Part shown: positions 30,203 through 40,837 of the stretch, piece after piece | Position numbering within the stretch: position 1 is the first letter of the stretch | Layout: every line of letters starts with the position of its first letter | Position numbers and translations under genes: made by a program | The notes under the pieces: generated by a model | What the model was told of the DNA's origin: nothing | The model's database searches: none | Seen by the model: the letters and a program-made list of their open reading frames with translations, nothing else | NCBI GenBank assembly: GCA_965243395.1 | Contig: CBDEUS010000001.1 | Span: 64,001-128,000 of the forward strand | DNA length: 64,000 bases | Source: Gammaproteobacteria bacterium | GTDB lineage: Bacteria; Pseudomonadota; Gammaproteobacteria; UBA4575 | Direction: 5' to 3'

Positions 30203-30872
30203 TCATAACTAATGAAGTAACGATTAATGAAAGCGTGATTAAGATAATACCTAAAGCAAGCGCAAGCTCGATGTCGCCTTTACGTGTTTCGAGTGCGATG
30301 GCTGTGGTCATTACACGTGTAGCATGATTGATATTGCCACCTACAATTAACACGGCACCGACTTCTGCAATTGCTCTGCCAAAGCCTGCAAAGACTCCTG
30401 TCATTAAACTAAAACGTGTTTCCCATAATAAAGTTTTCATCATGCGTGAAGCTTTTGCTCCCAGTGCACGAAGTTGTTCGTGATATTCGTCATTGGCATC
30501 CATAATTGTTTGTCTCGTAAGCGCGGCAACTATCGGTGTGATGAGACACACTTGAGCAATAATCATAGCGGTAGGTGTAAACAACAAACCAAGTACTCCC
30601 AACGGGCCTGAGCGCGACAATATTAAGTACACGACCAAGCCCACCACTACTGGTGGTAGACCCATAAAAGCATTTAGAAGTGCAACAATTACTCCGCGTC
30701 CAGGAAATTTATATAACGCAAGTGCTGCCCCTAATGGCAAGCCAATTAAGCTTGCAATGAAGACTGCAGTAAGACTCACACGTAAAGACAACCCTATAAT
30801 TTCTAAAAGTGCAGGGTCTAGCTGAAAAATGAGTTGTAGTGCTTTCGCAAACGCTTGTGAAAAATCGTTCAA
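30168..30872 (-). CDS. tupB: Tungstate ABC transporter permease
   Basis: LMGLPPVVVGL-type motif (FMGLPPVVVGL), GFGRAIAEVGA, GGNI...TRVMTTAI. Confidence 0.9.
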   Translation of the reverse strand: MNDFSQAFAKALQLIFQLDPALLEIIGLSLRVSLTAVFIASLIGLPLGAALALYKFPGRGVIVALLNAFMGLPPVVVGLVVYLILSRSGPLGVLGLLFTPTAMIIAQVCLITPIVAALTRQTIMDANDEYHEQLRALGAKASRMMKTLLWETRFSLMTGVFAGFGRAIAEVGAVLIVGGNINHATRVMTTAIALETRKGDIELALALGIILITLSLIVTSLVMSAKHAAYQYHS

Positions 30873-31000
30873 TTAAAAAATCCGGATTTAGCAGGTTTCT
30901 CCTGTATACCTGCATATTTATTATTTTCAGTTGATGATACCGAATTCAGTGTATGTGAAGCGCAGTTTTTTGGGGTATCCCGAAATTAGCCTTTTGAAAT

Positions 31001-31474
31001 TTATGGTTTTTTCACCGGCATTATGATGTCTAAATCCTGTGTTGTATTTAGATCATCTTTTTGATGATAGCGAACGGTAACTAAAACTTCATCATCCGCT
31101 TTAACCGCAGATTCTGGATGCATTAGCATAAAGTGATATCCACCTGGTTCAAGTTTTACAGACTCGCCTGCAGGGATGGGTAGCTCTTTTTGATGGCGCA
31201 TCTTTGCGACACCGTTTTCGACAATCGTGCGGTGAATTTCAACATGGTGAAATTGTTTGCTGATTGCAGAAGTAAGTGTGATCACTTCCTCTGAATTGTT
31301 TTTAATGGTGACATAACCCGCCATCATTGAAGCATTGGGTGGGGCCTCACGTATCCATGCATCTTCAATTACTAAAATTTCTTGTTCAGTTTTTTGACAC
31401 GCTGTTAATAAGATTATGAATGCTAATAAAATAAATTTGTACATTGTGTTATTTACGAGCATAGAGTTGTTCAT
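31001..31474 (-). CDS. Copper chaperone PCu(A)C, lipoprotein-like
   Basis: DAWIR, VEIH...MRH, LEPGGYHFML copper ligands; LTAC lipobox. Start may be 31444. Confidence 0.9.
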   Translation of the reverse strand: MNNSMLVNNTMYKFILLAFIILLTACQKTEQEILVIEDAWIREAPPNASMMAGYVTIKNNSEEVITLTSAISKQFHHVEIHRTIVENGVAKMRHQKELPIPAGESVKLEPGGYHFMLMHPESAVKADDEVLVTVRYHQKDDLNTTQDLDIIMPVKKP

Positions 31475-31553
31475 TTTGTTCGATTCATTTTAAGGAAACT
31501 TTTATAATTGTAACTATATTAATTTGGAATTAATAAGGTATTAGGAATACATT

Positions 31554-31940
31554 ATGAATGAAAGTCCAGACGATCGTATATATTCTGAAGAGCATATTTG
31601 GTTGTTTTTAGAAACGGATGATATTGCCTTAATAGGCATAACGGAGTATGCGCAAAGTGAACTTGGAGATATTGTTTATGTAGAACTACCCGAAGTAGAC
31701 AGTGAATACCAAGCAGGGCAGCCTTGTGCTGTTGTGGAATCGGTGAAAACCGCAAGTGATATACACTGTCCTGTTGAATCTAGAATCATTGAGGTTAATG
31801 AGGAATTAGTTGACTCTCCTGAAGTCTTAAATGATTCACCCTATGAAGAAGGTTGGTTATGCAAGATAGAGATATTAGACAAAACGGCAATTGACACACT
31901 ATTAAATGCCAGCCAATATGACTCAATGGTTGAGGTGTAG
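31554..31940 (+). CDS. gcvH: Glycine cleavage H protein (lipoyl carrier)
   Basis: GITEYAQSELGDIVYV, VESVKTASD (lipoyl lysine), NDSPYEEGW. Confidence 0.93.
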   Translation: MNESPDDRIYSEEHIWLFLETDDIALIGITEYAQSELGDIVYVELPEVDSEYQAGQPCAVVESVKTASDIHCPVESRIIEVNEELVDSPEVLNDSPYEEGWLCKIEILDKTAIDTLLNASQYDSMVEV

Positions 31941-32002
31941 TGTTTATTTTTTAATCACTATAGCTTTATAAGACTCATAACGAAAACAAGTCGGAGAAAT
32001 TA

Positions 32003-32503
32003 ATGGCTAAAATTACCTTACAGGGAAATGAAATTCATACAAATGGAAATCTTCCAGAAATAGGTACAAGTGCACCAGATTTTGTACTGGTGAATAAAGA
32101 TTTGGAAAATGTTTCCTTGTCGTCTTTTCCAGGTAAGAAAAAACTTTTAAGTATCGTACCGAGTTTAGATACACCGGTATGCGCCACATCTACGAAAAAA
32201 TTTAATGATTATGCAAAAGAAAATGAGGATGTTGTGATTATGGTTATCGCGGCAGATTTGCCTTTTGCAATGTCACGTTTTTGTAGTGCTGAAGGTGTGG
32301 AAAATGTTGTACCGCTTTCAATTATGCGGTCGGATTCATTCTCACGCGATTATGGTGTATTGATTGAAGATGGTCCTCTGGCTGGTATTTCTGCACGAGC
32401 ACTGGTTGTGTTAGATCAAGAAAACACAGTAATACATACTGAACTTGTTGATGAAATCGCACATGAACCAGATTACGATGCAGCCTTACAAACATTAGCT
32501 TAA
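32003..32503 (+). CDS. tpx: Thiol peroxidase
   Basis: PSLDTPVC, DLPFAMSRFC, EPDYD. Confidence 0.95.
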   Translation: MAKITLQGNEIHTNGNLPEIGTSAPDFVLVNKDLENVSLSSFPGKKKLLSIVPSLDTPVCATSTKKFNDYAKENEDVVIMVIAADLPFAMSRFCSAEGVENVVPLSIMRSDSFSRDYGVLIEDGPLAGISARALVVLDQENTVIHTELVDEIAHEPDYDAALQTLA

Positions 32504-33240
32504 ACTGTTACTACTTTTGCTATTGCATCTCTTGCAGATTGAGAGAGCTTATCTCTCATTTGATTTTCACTCTCGATAGGTTCGCAAAAAGTTACTTCTG
32601 CGAGAGTCGATTTTGCGCACATAATGCGAAATGAGTGCTTTATAATATTTGCTTCATCCACAAAGGGCACATGTGGGTGAGATCCATCTTCATGAGGATA
32701 GCGAAGCGCTACTGGTTGTACTAATACACTCGTATCAACAGCAGCTGCAAATAGTCTAGGGTGAAATCTATGTACCTCAAATCCATGAGTTGTTTTTGCT
32801 TCAGGAAAAGAGGCTACGCTTTGTCCCGCAGTTAATTTTGTTTTCATTAGTTCAATGGCTTCTGCAGCGCCATTTTTTGAACCGCGGTGAATAAACAAAG
32901 TACCCGCTTTGGCTGCAAGCGTTCCTATAACGGGCCAATCGCGTATTTCGGCTTTAGATAAAAATGAAATGGGTAAAACAGATGAAATTATTAATATATC
33001 AATCCATGATATATGGTTGGAAACAACAAATGCAGGGGGTTGGGCTGGTGTTCCATGCACTTGTATATCAATGCCAATAATTTCGGCACTTCGGTGTAAC
33101 CAAGTTTGTATGATTTCATGCTGTGCGTCACTTAAATCATGACTTTGAGTGCCATGTAAGCGGATATAGGATAAGAATAATCCTTTTACAATATGCGTAA
33201 CTAAGTGTAGCAGTCTAAATAAGCCTCGGAGAATTCCCAT
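32500..33240 (-). CDS. Lysophospholipid acyltransferase (PlsC/OlsA-like)
   Basis: SNHISWID, KAEIRDWPVIG, FPEAKTT. Confidence 0.9.
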   Translation of the reverse strand: MGILRGLFRLLHLVTHIVKGLFLSYIRLHGTQSHDLSDAQHEIIQTWLHRSAEIIGIDIQVHGTPAQPPAFVVSNHISWIDILIISSVLPISFLSKAEIRDWPVIGTLAAKAGTLFIHRGSKNGAAEAIELMKTKLTAGQSVASFPEAKTTHGFEVHRFHPRLFAAAVDTSVLVQPVALRYPHEDGSHPHVPFVDEANIIKHSFRIMCAKSTLAEVTFCEPIESENQMRDKLSQSARDAIAKVVTV

Positions 33241-33241
33241 G

Positions 33242-35338
33242 TTAATGACTAGCTGGCTGAATGCTTGTTTCCGTGAGTACTTTTTGTAGTTCTGTAAAAG
33301 TTTCTATTGGAGCATCACATTGTGTGCCACTACATATATAAGCCGTAACTCCTTCATTACTGCTGGCTTTAAATTTCTTTTCGGCTATCGCAGCAGGTAA
33401 GTTTTTTTCATTTGCATTAATCGCAAATACCATTCTTTGCGGCGCATAGCCATGATTACAGGCTGTATACCATTTACTTAATGAATCTTCTTCTCCACAT
33501 AAGATTATAATTTGTGGTGGATGCAATTGCTCTTCGAATGCATGTAACAAGCTTGTGTGTCCAATGGGTGATTGGCTTATGGCTTGTGCAGAAAACTCAA
33601 GTGTGCGTGTGGTTGCTTCTAGATATTTTGGTTCTGCTATCAAGTAACCAAGCCGTGCCAATACAAAAGCTGCAATGCCATTGCCAGATGGGGTTGAGTC
33701 ATCACTGACCGTTTTAGGACGTTGAATTAATTGCTCATGATCGTTAGCGGTAAAATAAAAACCTCCTGAAGAGGAGTCTTCAAACTGTTCTAATAGTACA
33801 TCTGCAATTTCACAAGCCCAATTTAAATCATCAGTATTCCAACGTGCTTGTAACATCTCTAATAATGCATCTAATAAATACGCATAATCATCTAAATATG
33901 CATCAAGATGGGCTTTACCATCTTTATAGGTTGCAAATAAACGTTGCTTCTGCCACATGGTATTTCGGATAAAATTCAATGCTTGATCAGCAGAGGCAAT
34001 ATAATCAGGTTGGTTTAATGCACGGCCTGCAATGGCCATTCCACGTATCATTAATGCATTCCAGCTGGTAAGAATTTTTTCATCTCGCCCGGGTCGTATG
34101 CGTTTTTCTCGAATATTGAAAAGCTTTTGTTTTGCGCTATCGAGTAATTCAGTGAATTTTTTTGAATCGATTGAGTTCGCTAAACATATTTCCTCTTCAG
34201 TTTTGAAAGTATGCAGATGATAACTTCCTTCAAAGTTTGCAGCACCATCAAAACCAAAATGCGGAGCAAAGATAGAATATTCTTCTTGAGTTAAAATATC
34301 TTCGACCTCAGATTTTGCCCATACGTAAAACTTACCCTCAACTCCTTCAGAGTCTGCATCGAGTGTAGAGTAATAACCTCCTTCAGGTGATTGCATTTCG
34401 CGTGTGAGCCATTCTGTAGTGCTTTCGCATGTTCTTCTAAATTGGTCAGAATAGTTAAGTGAAAATGCTTGAGCATAGAGTGCCAATAATGGACCATTGT
34501 CATAAAGCATTTTTTCAAAGTGTGGAATCATCCAGTATTGATCAACGGAATAACGACTAAATCCGCCTCCAATATGATCATAAATACCACCTGCGGCCAT
34601 TTTCTCTAAACTGTGAATTGCAACATGTAAGGTGCGCGGCTTATTTTCTTGGTTGATTTTACTTTGTGCATAGTAACGCAACAATCTTTCGATATTGCTT
34701 GGATGTGGAAATTTTGGTGCATTTCCAAAGCCACCATGCTCTGCATCAAATGTTTGCTCAAGTTGTTCTGTACAGATATCTAAAATGTTTTCCGATAAAT
34801 CTATTTTGGTAAATGTTGGTTCATAGATACTCTGTAATGCTTGATGCATAGACTGGTTTTGCGTAACGATTTCGCCATGACGATTTTGATAAAAATCTGA
34901 AATGTGATGCAACAGTTCATTAAATGAAGGTAAACCATGTCGAGGCTTGTCTGGAAAATAAGTACCCCCAAAAAATGGCATTTGATCTTCGGGTGTTAAA
35001 AACATCGTAAGCGGCCAACCACCATTACGTTGAGTGAGTAAAAACTGCGCTGTTTGATAAATCTTATCGATATCGGGCCGTTCTTCGCGATCAATTTTGA
35101 TATTGATGTACAGCTCATTCATTATTTTTGCGGTCACTTCATTCTCAAATGATTCATGCGCCATCACATGACACCAATGACATGCTGAGTAACCAATAGA
35201 GAGTAAGATTGGTTTTTTTTCATCTTTTGCGCGTTGGAGCGCTTCATCGCACCACGGATACCATTCCACAGGATTATCTGCATGTTGTAGAAGATAGGGG
35301 CTTGTTTGATCAGCAAGATGGTTTTTAGTTTTTGACAT
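33242..35338 (-). CDS. Thioredoxin-domain protein (YyaL/DUF255 family)
   Basis: [42 protein letters not shown]. Confidence 0.93.
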   Translation of the reverse strand: MSKTKNHLADQTSPYLLQHADNPVEWYPWCDEALQRAKDEKKPILLSIGYSACHWCHVMAHESFENEVTAKIMNELYINIKIDREERPDIDKIYQTAQFLLTQRNGGWPLTMFLTPEDQMPFFGGTYFPDKPRHGLPSFNELLHHISDFYQNRHGEIVTQNQSMHQALQSIYEPTFTKIDLSENILDICTEQLEQTFDAEHGGFGNAPKFPHPSNIERLLRYYAQSKINQENKPRTLHVAIHSLEKMAAGGIYDHIGGGFSRYSVDQYWMIPHFEKMLYDNGPLLALYAQAFSLNYSDQFRRTCESTTEWLTREMQSPEGGYYSTLDADSEGVEGKFYVWAKSEVEDILTQEEYSIFAPHFGFDGAANFEGSYHLHTFKTEEEICLANSIDSKKFTELLDSAKQKLFNIREKRIRPGRDEKILTSWNALMIRGMAIAGRALNQPDYIASADQALNFIRNTMWQKQRLFATYKDGKAHLDAYLDDYAYLLDALLEMLQARWNTDDLNWACEIADVLLEQFEDSSSGGFYFTANDHEQLIQRPKTVSDDSTPSGNGIAAFVLARLGYLIAEPKYLEATTRTLEFSAQAISQSPIGHTSLLHAFEEQLHPPQIIILCGEEDSLSKWYTACNHGYAPQRMVFAINANEKNLPAAIAEKKFKASSNEGVTAYICSGTQCDAPIETFTELQKVLTETSIQPASH

Positions 35339-35406
35339 GGTTGTGTTCAATTTTTATACATTTATGTAAGTTACTAACGAAGTCTAACTGTTGTTATAGT
35401 GTAAGT

Positions 35407-36204
35407 ATGCTGACTTTCCCTGAAATCGATCCAGTACTTTTTGCAATCGGCCCATTAAAACTTCGATGGTATGGCTTGATGTACGCCGTCGCTTTTTTAG
35501 GGTTTTGGTTGGTCGGACGCATTCATGCAAAAAAGACACACACAGTGGCTCAGCCCAGTGATGTTGGCGATATATTATTTTATGGCATGTTAGGTGTGAT
35601 TCTGGGAGGCAGAATAGGTTCCGTTTTGTTTTATAACTTCTCGTATTTTTTAGAAAACCCTCTTTACTTATTTAGAATATGGGAAGGTGGCATGAGTTTT
35701 CATGGTGGCTTACTGGGAGTTATTATTGCTTTATGGATTTACCAGCGTTCTAAAGGATTTGGTTTTTTGCGTACATGTGACTTTGTTGCTCCCATGGTAC
35801 CCATCGGATTAGGCGCAGGGAGAATAGGTAATTTTATTAATGGTGAATTATGGGGACGTGTAACGGATGTTCCGTGGGGTATGGTGTTTCCTCATGCGGG
35901 TAATTTGCCAAGACACCCTTCACAACTTTATCAAGCCTTTTTAGAGGGCTTATTGTTGTTCGCTATACTTTGGATATTCGCGCAAAAGCCTCGTCCAATT
36001 GGTGCGGTGTGCGGTTTGTTTGTGTTGCTATATGGTGTTTTCAGATTCGCTGCAGAATTTGTACGTCAACCGGATGCACATTTAAACTTTATTGCCTTTG
36101 ATTGGCTGACCATGGGACAGTTATTATCCTTACCAATGATAATTGTGGGAATTGTTACAATTTATCTTGCCTATAACACTTTTGGTTATGCAAAAGAGCA
36201 TTAA
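35407..36204 (+). CDS. lgt: Prolipoprotein diacylglyceryl transferase
   Basis: [37 protein letters not shown]. Start reassigned to ATG 35407. Confidence 0.97.
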   Translation: MLTFPEIDPVLFAIGPLKLRWYGLMYAVAFLGFWLVGRIHAKKTHTVAQPSDVGDILFYGMLGVILGGRIGSVLFYNFSYFLENPLYLFRIWEGGMSFHGGLLGVIIALWIYQRSKGFGFLRTCDFVAPMVPIGLGAGRIGNFINGELWGRVTDVPWGMVFPHAGNLPRHPSQLYQAFLEGLLLFAILWIFAQKPRPIGAVCGLFVLLYGVFRFAAEFVRQPDAHLNFIAFDWLTMGQLLSLPMIIVGIVTIYLAYNTFGYAKEH

Positions 36205-36207
36205 TTC

Positions 36208-37002
36208 ATGCAGCAATATTTAGAACTATTACATCATGTCATGACCCATGGCATAGATAAAGATGATCGCACCGGCACAGGTACTATTTCCGTGTTTGGG
36301 TATCAAATGCGTTTTGATTTACAAAATGGGTTTCCTTTGCTGACGACTAAAAAGTTACATTTAAAGTCCATTATTCACGAATTACTCTGGTTTTTGCGTG
36401 GTGAAACGAATATTTCTTATTTGCATAAAAATGGTGTTTCTATTTGGGACGAATGGGCAGATGAAAATGGAGAGTTAGGACCAGTTTATGGTTCTCAATG
36501 GCGTAGTTGGAAAGGGGCAAGTGGTGAATCGATTGATCAAATTAGTCAATTGATCGATAACTTAAAAGAAAATCCTTTATCGAGAAGGCATATTGTGAGC
36601 GCATGGAATGTAGGTGAACTTGATAACATGGCTTTGCCTCCTTGCCATGCATTTTTTCAGTTTTATGTTGCGCAAAATAAACTCTCTTGCCAACTATATC
36701 AACGTAGTGCTGATGTATTTTTAGGCGTGCCTTTTAATATTGCATCCTATGCCTTGTTGCTACAGATGGTAGCTCAGGTAACAGGCTATCAAGCGGGTGA
36801 GTTTGTACATACTTTTGGTGATGTGCACTTATATAATAATCATATTGAACAAGCGCAAAAACAACTTAGTCGCACTCCATATGCATTACCACAAATGCAC
36901 ATTAATCCTGATGTGAAATCCATTTTCAATTTTAAATATGAAGATTTTGAATTGCAGAATTATCAATGCCATGAGCACATTTCTGCACCTATAGCGGTTT
37001 AA
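36208..37002 (+). CDS. thyA: Thymidylate synthase
   Basis: [32 protein letters not shown]. Confidence 0.98.
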   Translation: MQQYLELLHHVMTHGIDKDDRTGTGTISVFGYQMRFDLQNGFPLLTTKKLHLKSIIHELLWFLRGETNISYLHKNGVSIWDEWADENGELGPVYGSQWRSWKGASGESIDQISQLIDNLKENPLSRRHIVSAWNVGELDNMALPPCHAFFQFYVAQNKLSCQLYQRSADVFLGVPFNIASYALLLQMVAQVTGYQAGEFVHTFGDVHLYNNHIEQAQKQLSRTPYALPQMHINPDVKSIFNFKYEDFELQNYQCHEHISAPIAV

Positions 37003-37013
37003 GATTTTCTGTT

Positions 37014-37499
37014 ATGGAGATTGCAATCATCGTGGCGATGACGCCTTCCGGCCTCATAGGTAAAGATAAACAAATTCCTTGGCACTTACCCGCAGATTTA
37101 CAACGTTTTAAAAAAATTACCATGGGTCATCCCATCATCATGGGTCGTAAGACTTTCGAGTCACTGCCTGGTTTATTACCGGGGCGACAGCATATAGTTT
37201 TAACGCGTAATAAAAACTATCAAGCAACAGGTTGCCACGTGGTTACAAACTGGGGGCATGTTGCTCGTTTAGTAAAAGATAAAGCGTTCGTGATCGGCGG
37301 AGCTAAAATTTATGAGTATGCATTGCCTATCGCACAACAGCTCTATATCACTCTTGTACATGCTGAGCTTGAGGGAGATACGTATTTTCCTGAATGGAAT
37401 AAAGAAGAATGGAAAGAATTAGAGCGTGAGTTTCACGCAAAAGATGAAAAAAATAAATTTGATTTTGAATATATAGCTTATAAGAAATTAATTGAATGA
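37014..37499 (+). CDS. folA: Dihydrofolate reductase
   Basis: IPWHLPADL, IMGRKTFES, LPGR, IGGA, GDTYFP. Confidence 0.96.
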   Translation: MEIAIIVAMTPSGLIGKDKQIPWHLPADLQRFKKITMGHPIIMGRKTFESLPGLLPGRQHIVLTRNKNYQATGCHVVTNWGHVARLVKDKAFVIGGAKIYEYALPIAQQLYITLVHAELEGDTYFPEWNKEEWKELEREFHAKDEKNKFDFEYIAYKKLIE

Positions 37500-37504
37500 T
37501 TTTT

Positions 37505-38347
37505 TTATCGATTTAATCTTGTAATTTCCCTTTTTGCTTCACAGTTTAATTGATAAATAGTCAAACTTTCGGGTTCAATTTTAATTGCAGTTAGTTGCCC
37601 GCCCCATAAACAACCTGTATCGGTTGAGATGATATTTTGAAGTTGTATATGTCCCAATGTCGACCAATGACCAAATACAACTGTTGTTTCTTGGCTTTTT
37701 CGTGATGAAATTTCATACCATGGTTTCATGCGTGAGGTTTGAGTACCTGGAGGACCTTTATCCGTAAAACTCATTACGCCCTCTCTATTACAATAGCGAA
37801 CTCGGGTCATGAAATTTGTGATTGTACGTAAGCGGTTCCAGCCTTTAAGTCTCCCATCCCACTGGTTAGGTTTATCCCCGTACAAGTTGAAAAGAAAATC
37901 TTTGTATTTTTTAGACCGTAAGATCGTTTCAACTTCTTTCGCATAACCTAAAGCATCTTTAACGGTCCACTGCGGTGCTAGACCCGCATGAACCATGGCA
38001 AATTTAAGCGATTTGTTGTAACGCATTAGAGGCTGCTTGCGAAGCCAGCCAACTAATTCATCAATATCTTTGGCTTGCAGTACGCTATATAGACTGCTTG
38101 TCGTTCTAATATCTTTTGCGCCGACATAGGCAGCTAGTAGGTGTAAATCATGATTGCCTAATACAGTAACTGCAGCATTACCTAATTTTTTTACCCAGCG
38201 TAATGTTTCGAGTGATTTTGGACCGCGGTTTACTAAGTCGCCAACAAACCAAAGTTGATCTTTTTTTGGATTAAAAGATATGTAGTCGACGAGCTCTCGA
38301 AGTTCATCGTAACAGCCTTGTACATCACCGATTACATATACCGACAT
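37505..38347 (-). CDS. apaH: Symmetrical bis(5'-nucleosyl)-tetraphosphatase
   Basis: IGDVQGC, GDLVNRGP, LGNHDLH, FGHWS, DTGCLWG. Confidence 0.96.
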   Translation of the reverse strand: MSVYVIGDVQGCYDELRELVDYISFNPKKDQLWFVGDLVNRGPKSLETLRWVKKLGNAAVTVLGNHDLHLLAAYVGAKDIRTTSSLYSVLQAKDIDELVGWLRKQPLMRYNKSLKFAMVHAGLAPQWTVKDALGYAKEVETILRSKKYKDFLFNLYGDKPNQWDGRLKGWNRLRTITNFMTRVRYCNREGVMSFTDKGPPGTQTSRMKPWYEISSRKSQETTVVFGHWSTLGHIQLQNIISTDTGCLWGGQLTAIKIEPESLTIYQLNCEAKREITRLNR

Positions 38348-38458
38348 AACAATTGAGAGTTTTTGAAATATGCTAAATATTTATGAAAACAATACTAAAA
38401 AAGTAAAGCAACCATTTAGTTGCACTATTAAAGATAAAATAAATTTGTAAGAAAAGCT

Positions 38459-38842
38459 CTAGTGTAAAACGCGTGGAGCTGCCAGGGTAAATGGATCAAT
38501 GGGGGCATCAAATTCAGTGCCATCATCCGCAACCATTTGATAACTGCCTTGCATAGTGCCTACAGGTGTTTCAAGCATAGTACCGCTCGTGTATTGGAAC
38601 GCTTCACCTGGACGTAGATAGGGCTGTTCTCCAACAACTCCTTCACCTCTTACTTCTTGTGTCTTGCCATTTGAATCGGTTATTAACCAATGACGTGTGA
38701 CAAGCTTTGCTGGCACATGCCCTGAATTGTGAATGGTAACGGTGTATGCAAATACGAAGCGGCTTTCACCGGCATCAGATTGTGCTTCAATATACGAAGT
38801 GTCTACGCTGACATCGATATCGTGATTATTAGTGTCATCCAT
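38459..38842 (-). CDS. apaG: ApaG protein
   Basis: RHWLITD, GEGVVGEQP, YTSG. Confidence 0.96.
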   Translation of the reverse strand: MDDTNNHDIDVSVDTSYIEAQSDAGESRFVFAYTVTIHNSGHVPAKLVTRHWLITDSNGKTQEVRGEGVVGEQPYLRPGEAFQYTSGTMLETPVGTMQGSYQMVADDGTEFDAPIDPFTLAAPRVLH

Positions 38843-38995
38843 GTTGATAATTATACCTTGTTAAAGATAAAAAACTCAGATCTAGCTAACAGTAAAAGAT
38901 GCTTAATTTTTAACCATTCTAATAACGTGTCTTTGTTGTTGAGGTGCGATTTGTTCTAAAAATATCAGTAAGTTGCAAAACAAATAGTGTTGCAC

Positions 38996-39769
38996 TTATA
39001 TCTCATTTGAAAGATTTATGTATTGTTGAATAGAAATTTCTTGGGGTCGTTGAGAAGGTTGAATATTGGCATTCTTTAGTTGTTCTTCGTTGACTAGTTT
39101 TGCAAGGCTATTTTTTATCGTTTTGCGTCTTTGTTGAAATGCCGTTTCAATTAATTTACTAAACATAGACATGTTTTTAATTTGTTTAGTGTGCTTATCA
39201 ATAGGTATCAAACGCATGAAACTCGAGTTAACTTTTGGCGGAGGATCAAATTGCTCTGGAGCGATGTTAAACAATTTTGTCGCATCGTAATGCGTTTGTA
39301 TCATGATAGTTAGACGACTGTAGTTCGAATCAAATGTTGAAGCAGTGATACGATCGACTACTTCTTTTTGCAGCATAAAATGCATATCGTTTATAAGATC
39401 TTTGTACTTAAGCAAATGAAATAATAAAGGTGTAGATATGTTGTAAGGTAAATTACCTATTAACCTTATAGATCTCGTATTTGAACTGATAGAACTTAAA
39501 TCAAAATTTAATACATCCATTTGATGAATTATTAGTTCACCACGCTCACGGTAATTTTTTTCTAGATGGTTAACTAGATCACGATCAATTTCAATTGCAT
39601 GTAATTTTTTAGATTTTCTTAGAATTGGAAATGTAATAGCACCTTTGCCCGGGCCAATTTCACAAATAAGTTGATTTTCGTTGGGGTGTATTACATGAAC
39701 AATATTCTCGATAACTGATTTATCTATAAGAAGGTGCTGTCCAAAACGTTTGCGAAGTTTAGTGTTCAC
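38996..39769 (-). CDS. rsmA: 16S rRNA adenine dimethyltransferase
   Basis: KRFGQH, EIGPGKG, GNLPYNIST, FDPPPKVNS. Confidence 0.96.
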   Translation of the reverse strand: MNTKLRKRFGQHLLIDKSVIENIVHVIHPNENQLICEIGPGKGAITFPILRKSKKLHAIEIDRDLVNHLEKNYRERGELIIHQMDVLNFDLSSISSNTRSIRLIGNLPYNISTPLLFHLLKYKDLINDMHFMLQKEVVDRITASTFDSNYSRLTIMIQTHYDATKLFNIAPEQFDPPPKVNSSFMRLIPIDKHTKQIKNMSMFSKLIETAFQQRRKTIKNSLAKLVNEEQLKNANIQPSQRPQEISIQQYINLSNEI

Positions 39770-39842
39770 ATCTAACTCTGGTTAGATTTACATATAACAG
39801 CCTATTGTGTAATTGCATAGTAGTATACAAAAGTATGTAAAC

Positions 39843-40412
39843 TTAATTTTCAGTAGACGGAGTATTTTTTTCCACGCGCTCCTCTGGTTCGTCTGCCTGT
39901 TCATTTTGAATTTCAGTGGCTGGATCGCTTGCTTGCTTGGTCGTTAAGTCTTTCAACGCATACGTGCAGATTATTTCATAATCAGTACTTTCTTCCGGTT
40001 TCGCTAAAACAAGAGTGATAGTCACATGTGGGTGGTAAAGCAACAATAATTCGTTTGCTTTTAGGGCCTCTGAGGTGTTGGAGTCAGCAATTACGCCGAA
40101 ATTAATTTCTAAACTCTCGCCGATTTGATCCGCAATTGATCTTAAAGCAGCTAAAGCAGTGATATTTTCTTTTAATCTTATTTTACCAAGATATGCTACA
40201 CCGAGAGATGAAGCATCATTTGTAATTTCTAATTTACGAGCATCATCCGAAAGCGGTTTGAATTTGAATTTGACCTTATCTCCCTGTATTAAGTCAAAAC
40301 GCTCATTGCTACTCAGTATAATAGTTCTTTTTTCTAAGCCAGCAGCAAATATTGAAGATTGGCAAGTTAGGTAAAAGAATAATATTGCAGTTAATTTTAA
40401 TTTCATGATCAT
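39843..40412 (-). CDS. Hypothetical secreted protein
   Basis: 189-aa ORF with signal-like N-terminus, co-oriented with the operon; no recognised motif. Confidence 0.65.
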   Translation of the reverse strand: MIMKLKLTAILFFYLTCQSSIFAAGLEKRTIILSSNERFDLIQGDKVKFKFKPLSDDARKLEITNDASSLGVAYLGKIRLKENITALAALRSIADQIGESLEINFGVIADSNTSEALKANELLLLYHPHVTITLVLAKPEESTDYEIICTYALKDLTTKQASDPATEIQNEQADEPEERVEKNTPSTEN

Positions 40413-40421
40413 TAAGATTAT

Positions 40422-40799
40422 TTAGACAACTTGTTCAGCGCCGTAATAGACTTTTTCAATATTCAGTACCAATGCACCTTTGCCTGGAAATTTCGGATCT
40501 AACCAGCTTTTCATGTCGTCATAGATTGGGCCATCTTCATAGTACTCAAGAGTGCCTTTTACTTGATACGACTCCCTTTCGGGTGCGATAAACAAAAGTA
40601 CTCCATTGCTACCGTCTTTGATATTTTGCAGGGTTTTATGCATTGCATTGTTTGCGATTACAAACTGGTTTTCATTGATTAGTTTTGCGCAGATCACCCA
40701 TATGGAATTAGGTTCATTATCTTTACTAAGTGTCGTTAGCACCATTCGCTCATCATGGTTTTGCCATGCAGACAGTGCTTCAGATGTGAGTTTGGCCAT
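40422..40799 (-). CDS. Pyridoxamine 5'-phosphate oxidase-like FMN-binding split-barrel protein
   Basis: LTTLSKDNEPN, ANNAMHKTLQNI, YQVKG. Confidence 0.8.
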   Translation of the reverse strand: MAKLTSEALSAWQNHDERMVLTTLSKDNEPNSIWVICAKLINENQFVIANNAMHKTLQNIKDGSNGVLLFIAPERESYQVKGTLEYYEDGPIYDDMKSWLDPKFPGKGALVLNIEKVYYGAEQVV

Positions 40800-40837
40800 T
40801 TACTTTATCCTGACTACGATTTATATGTTTAAATTTC

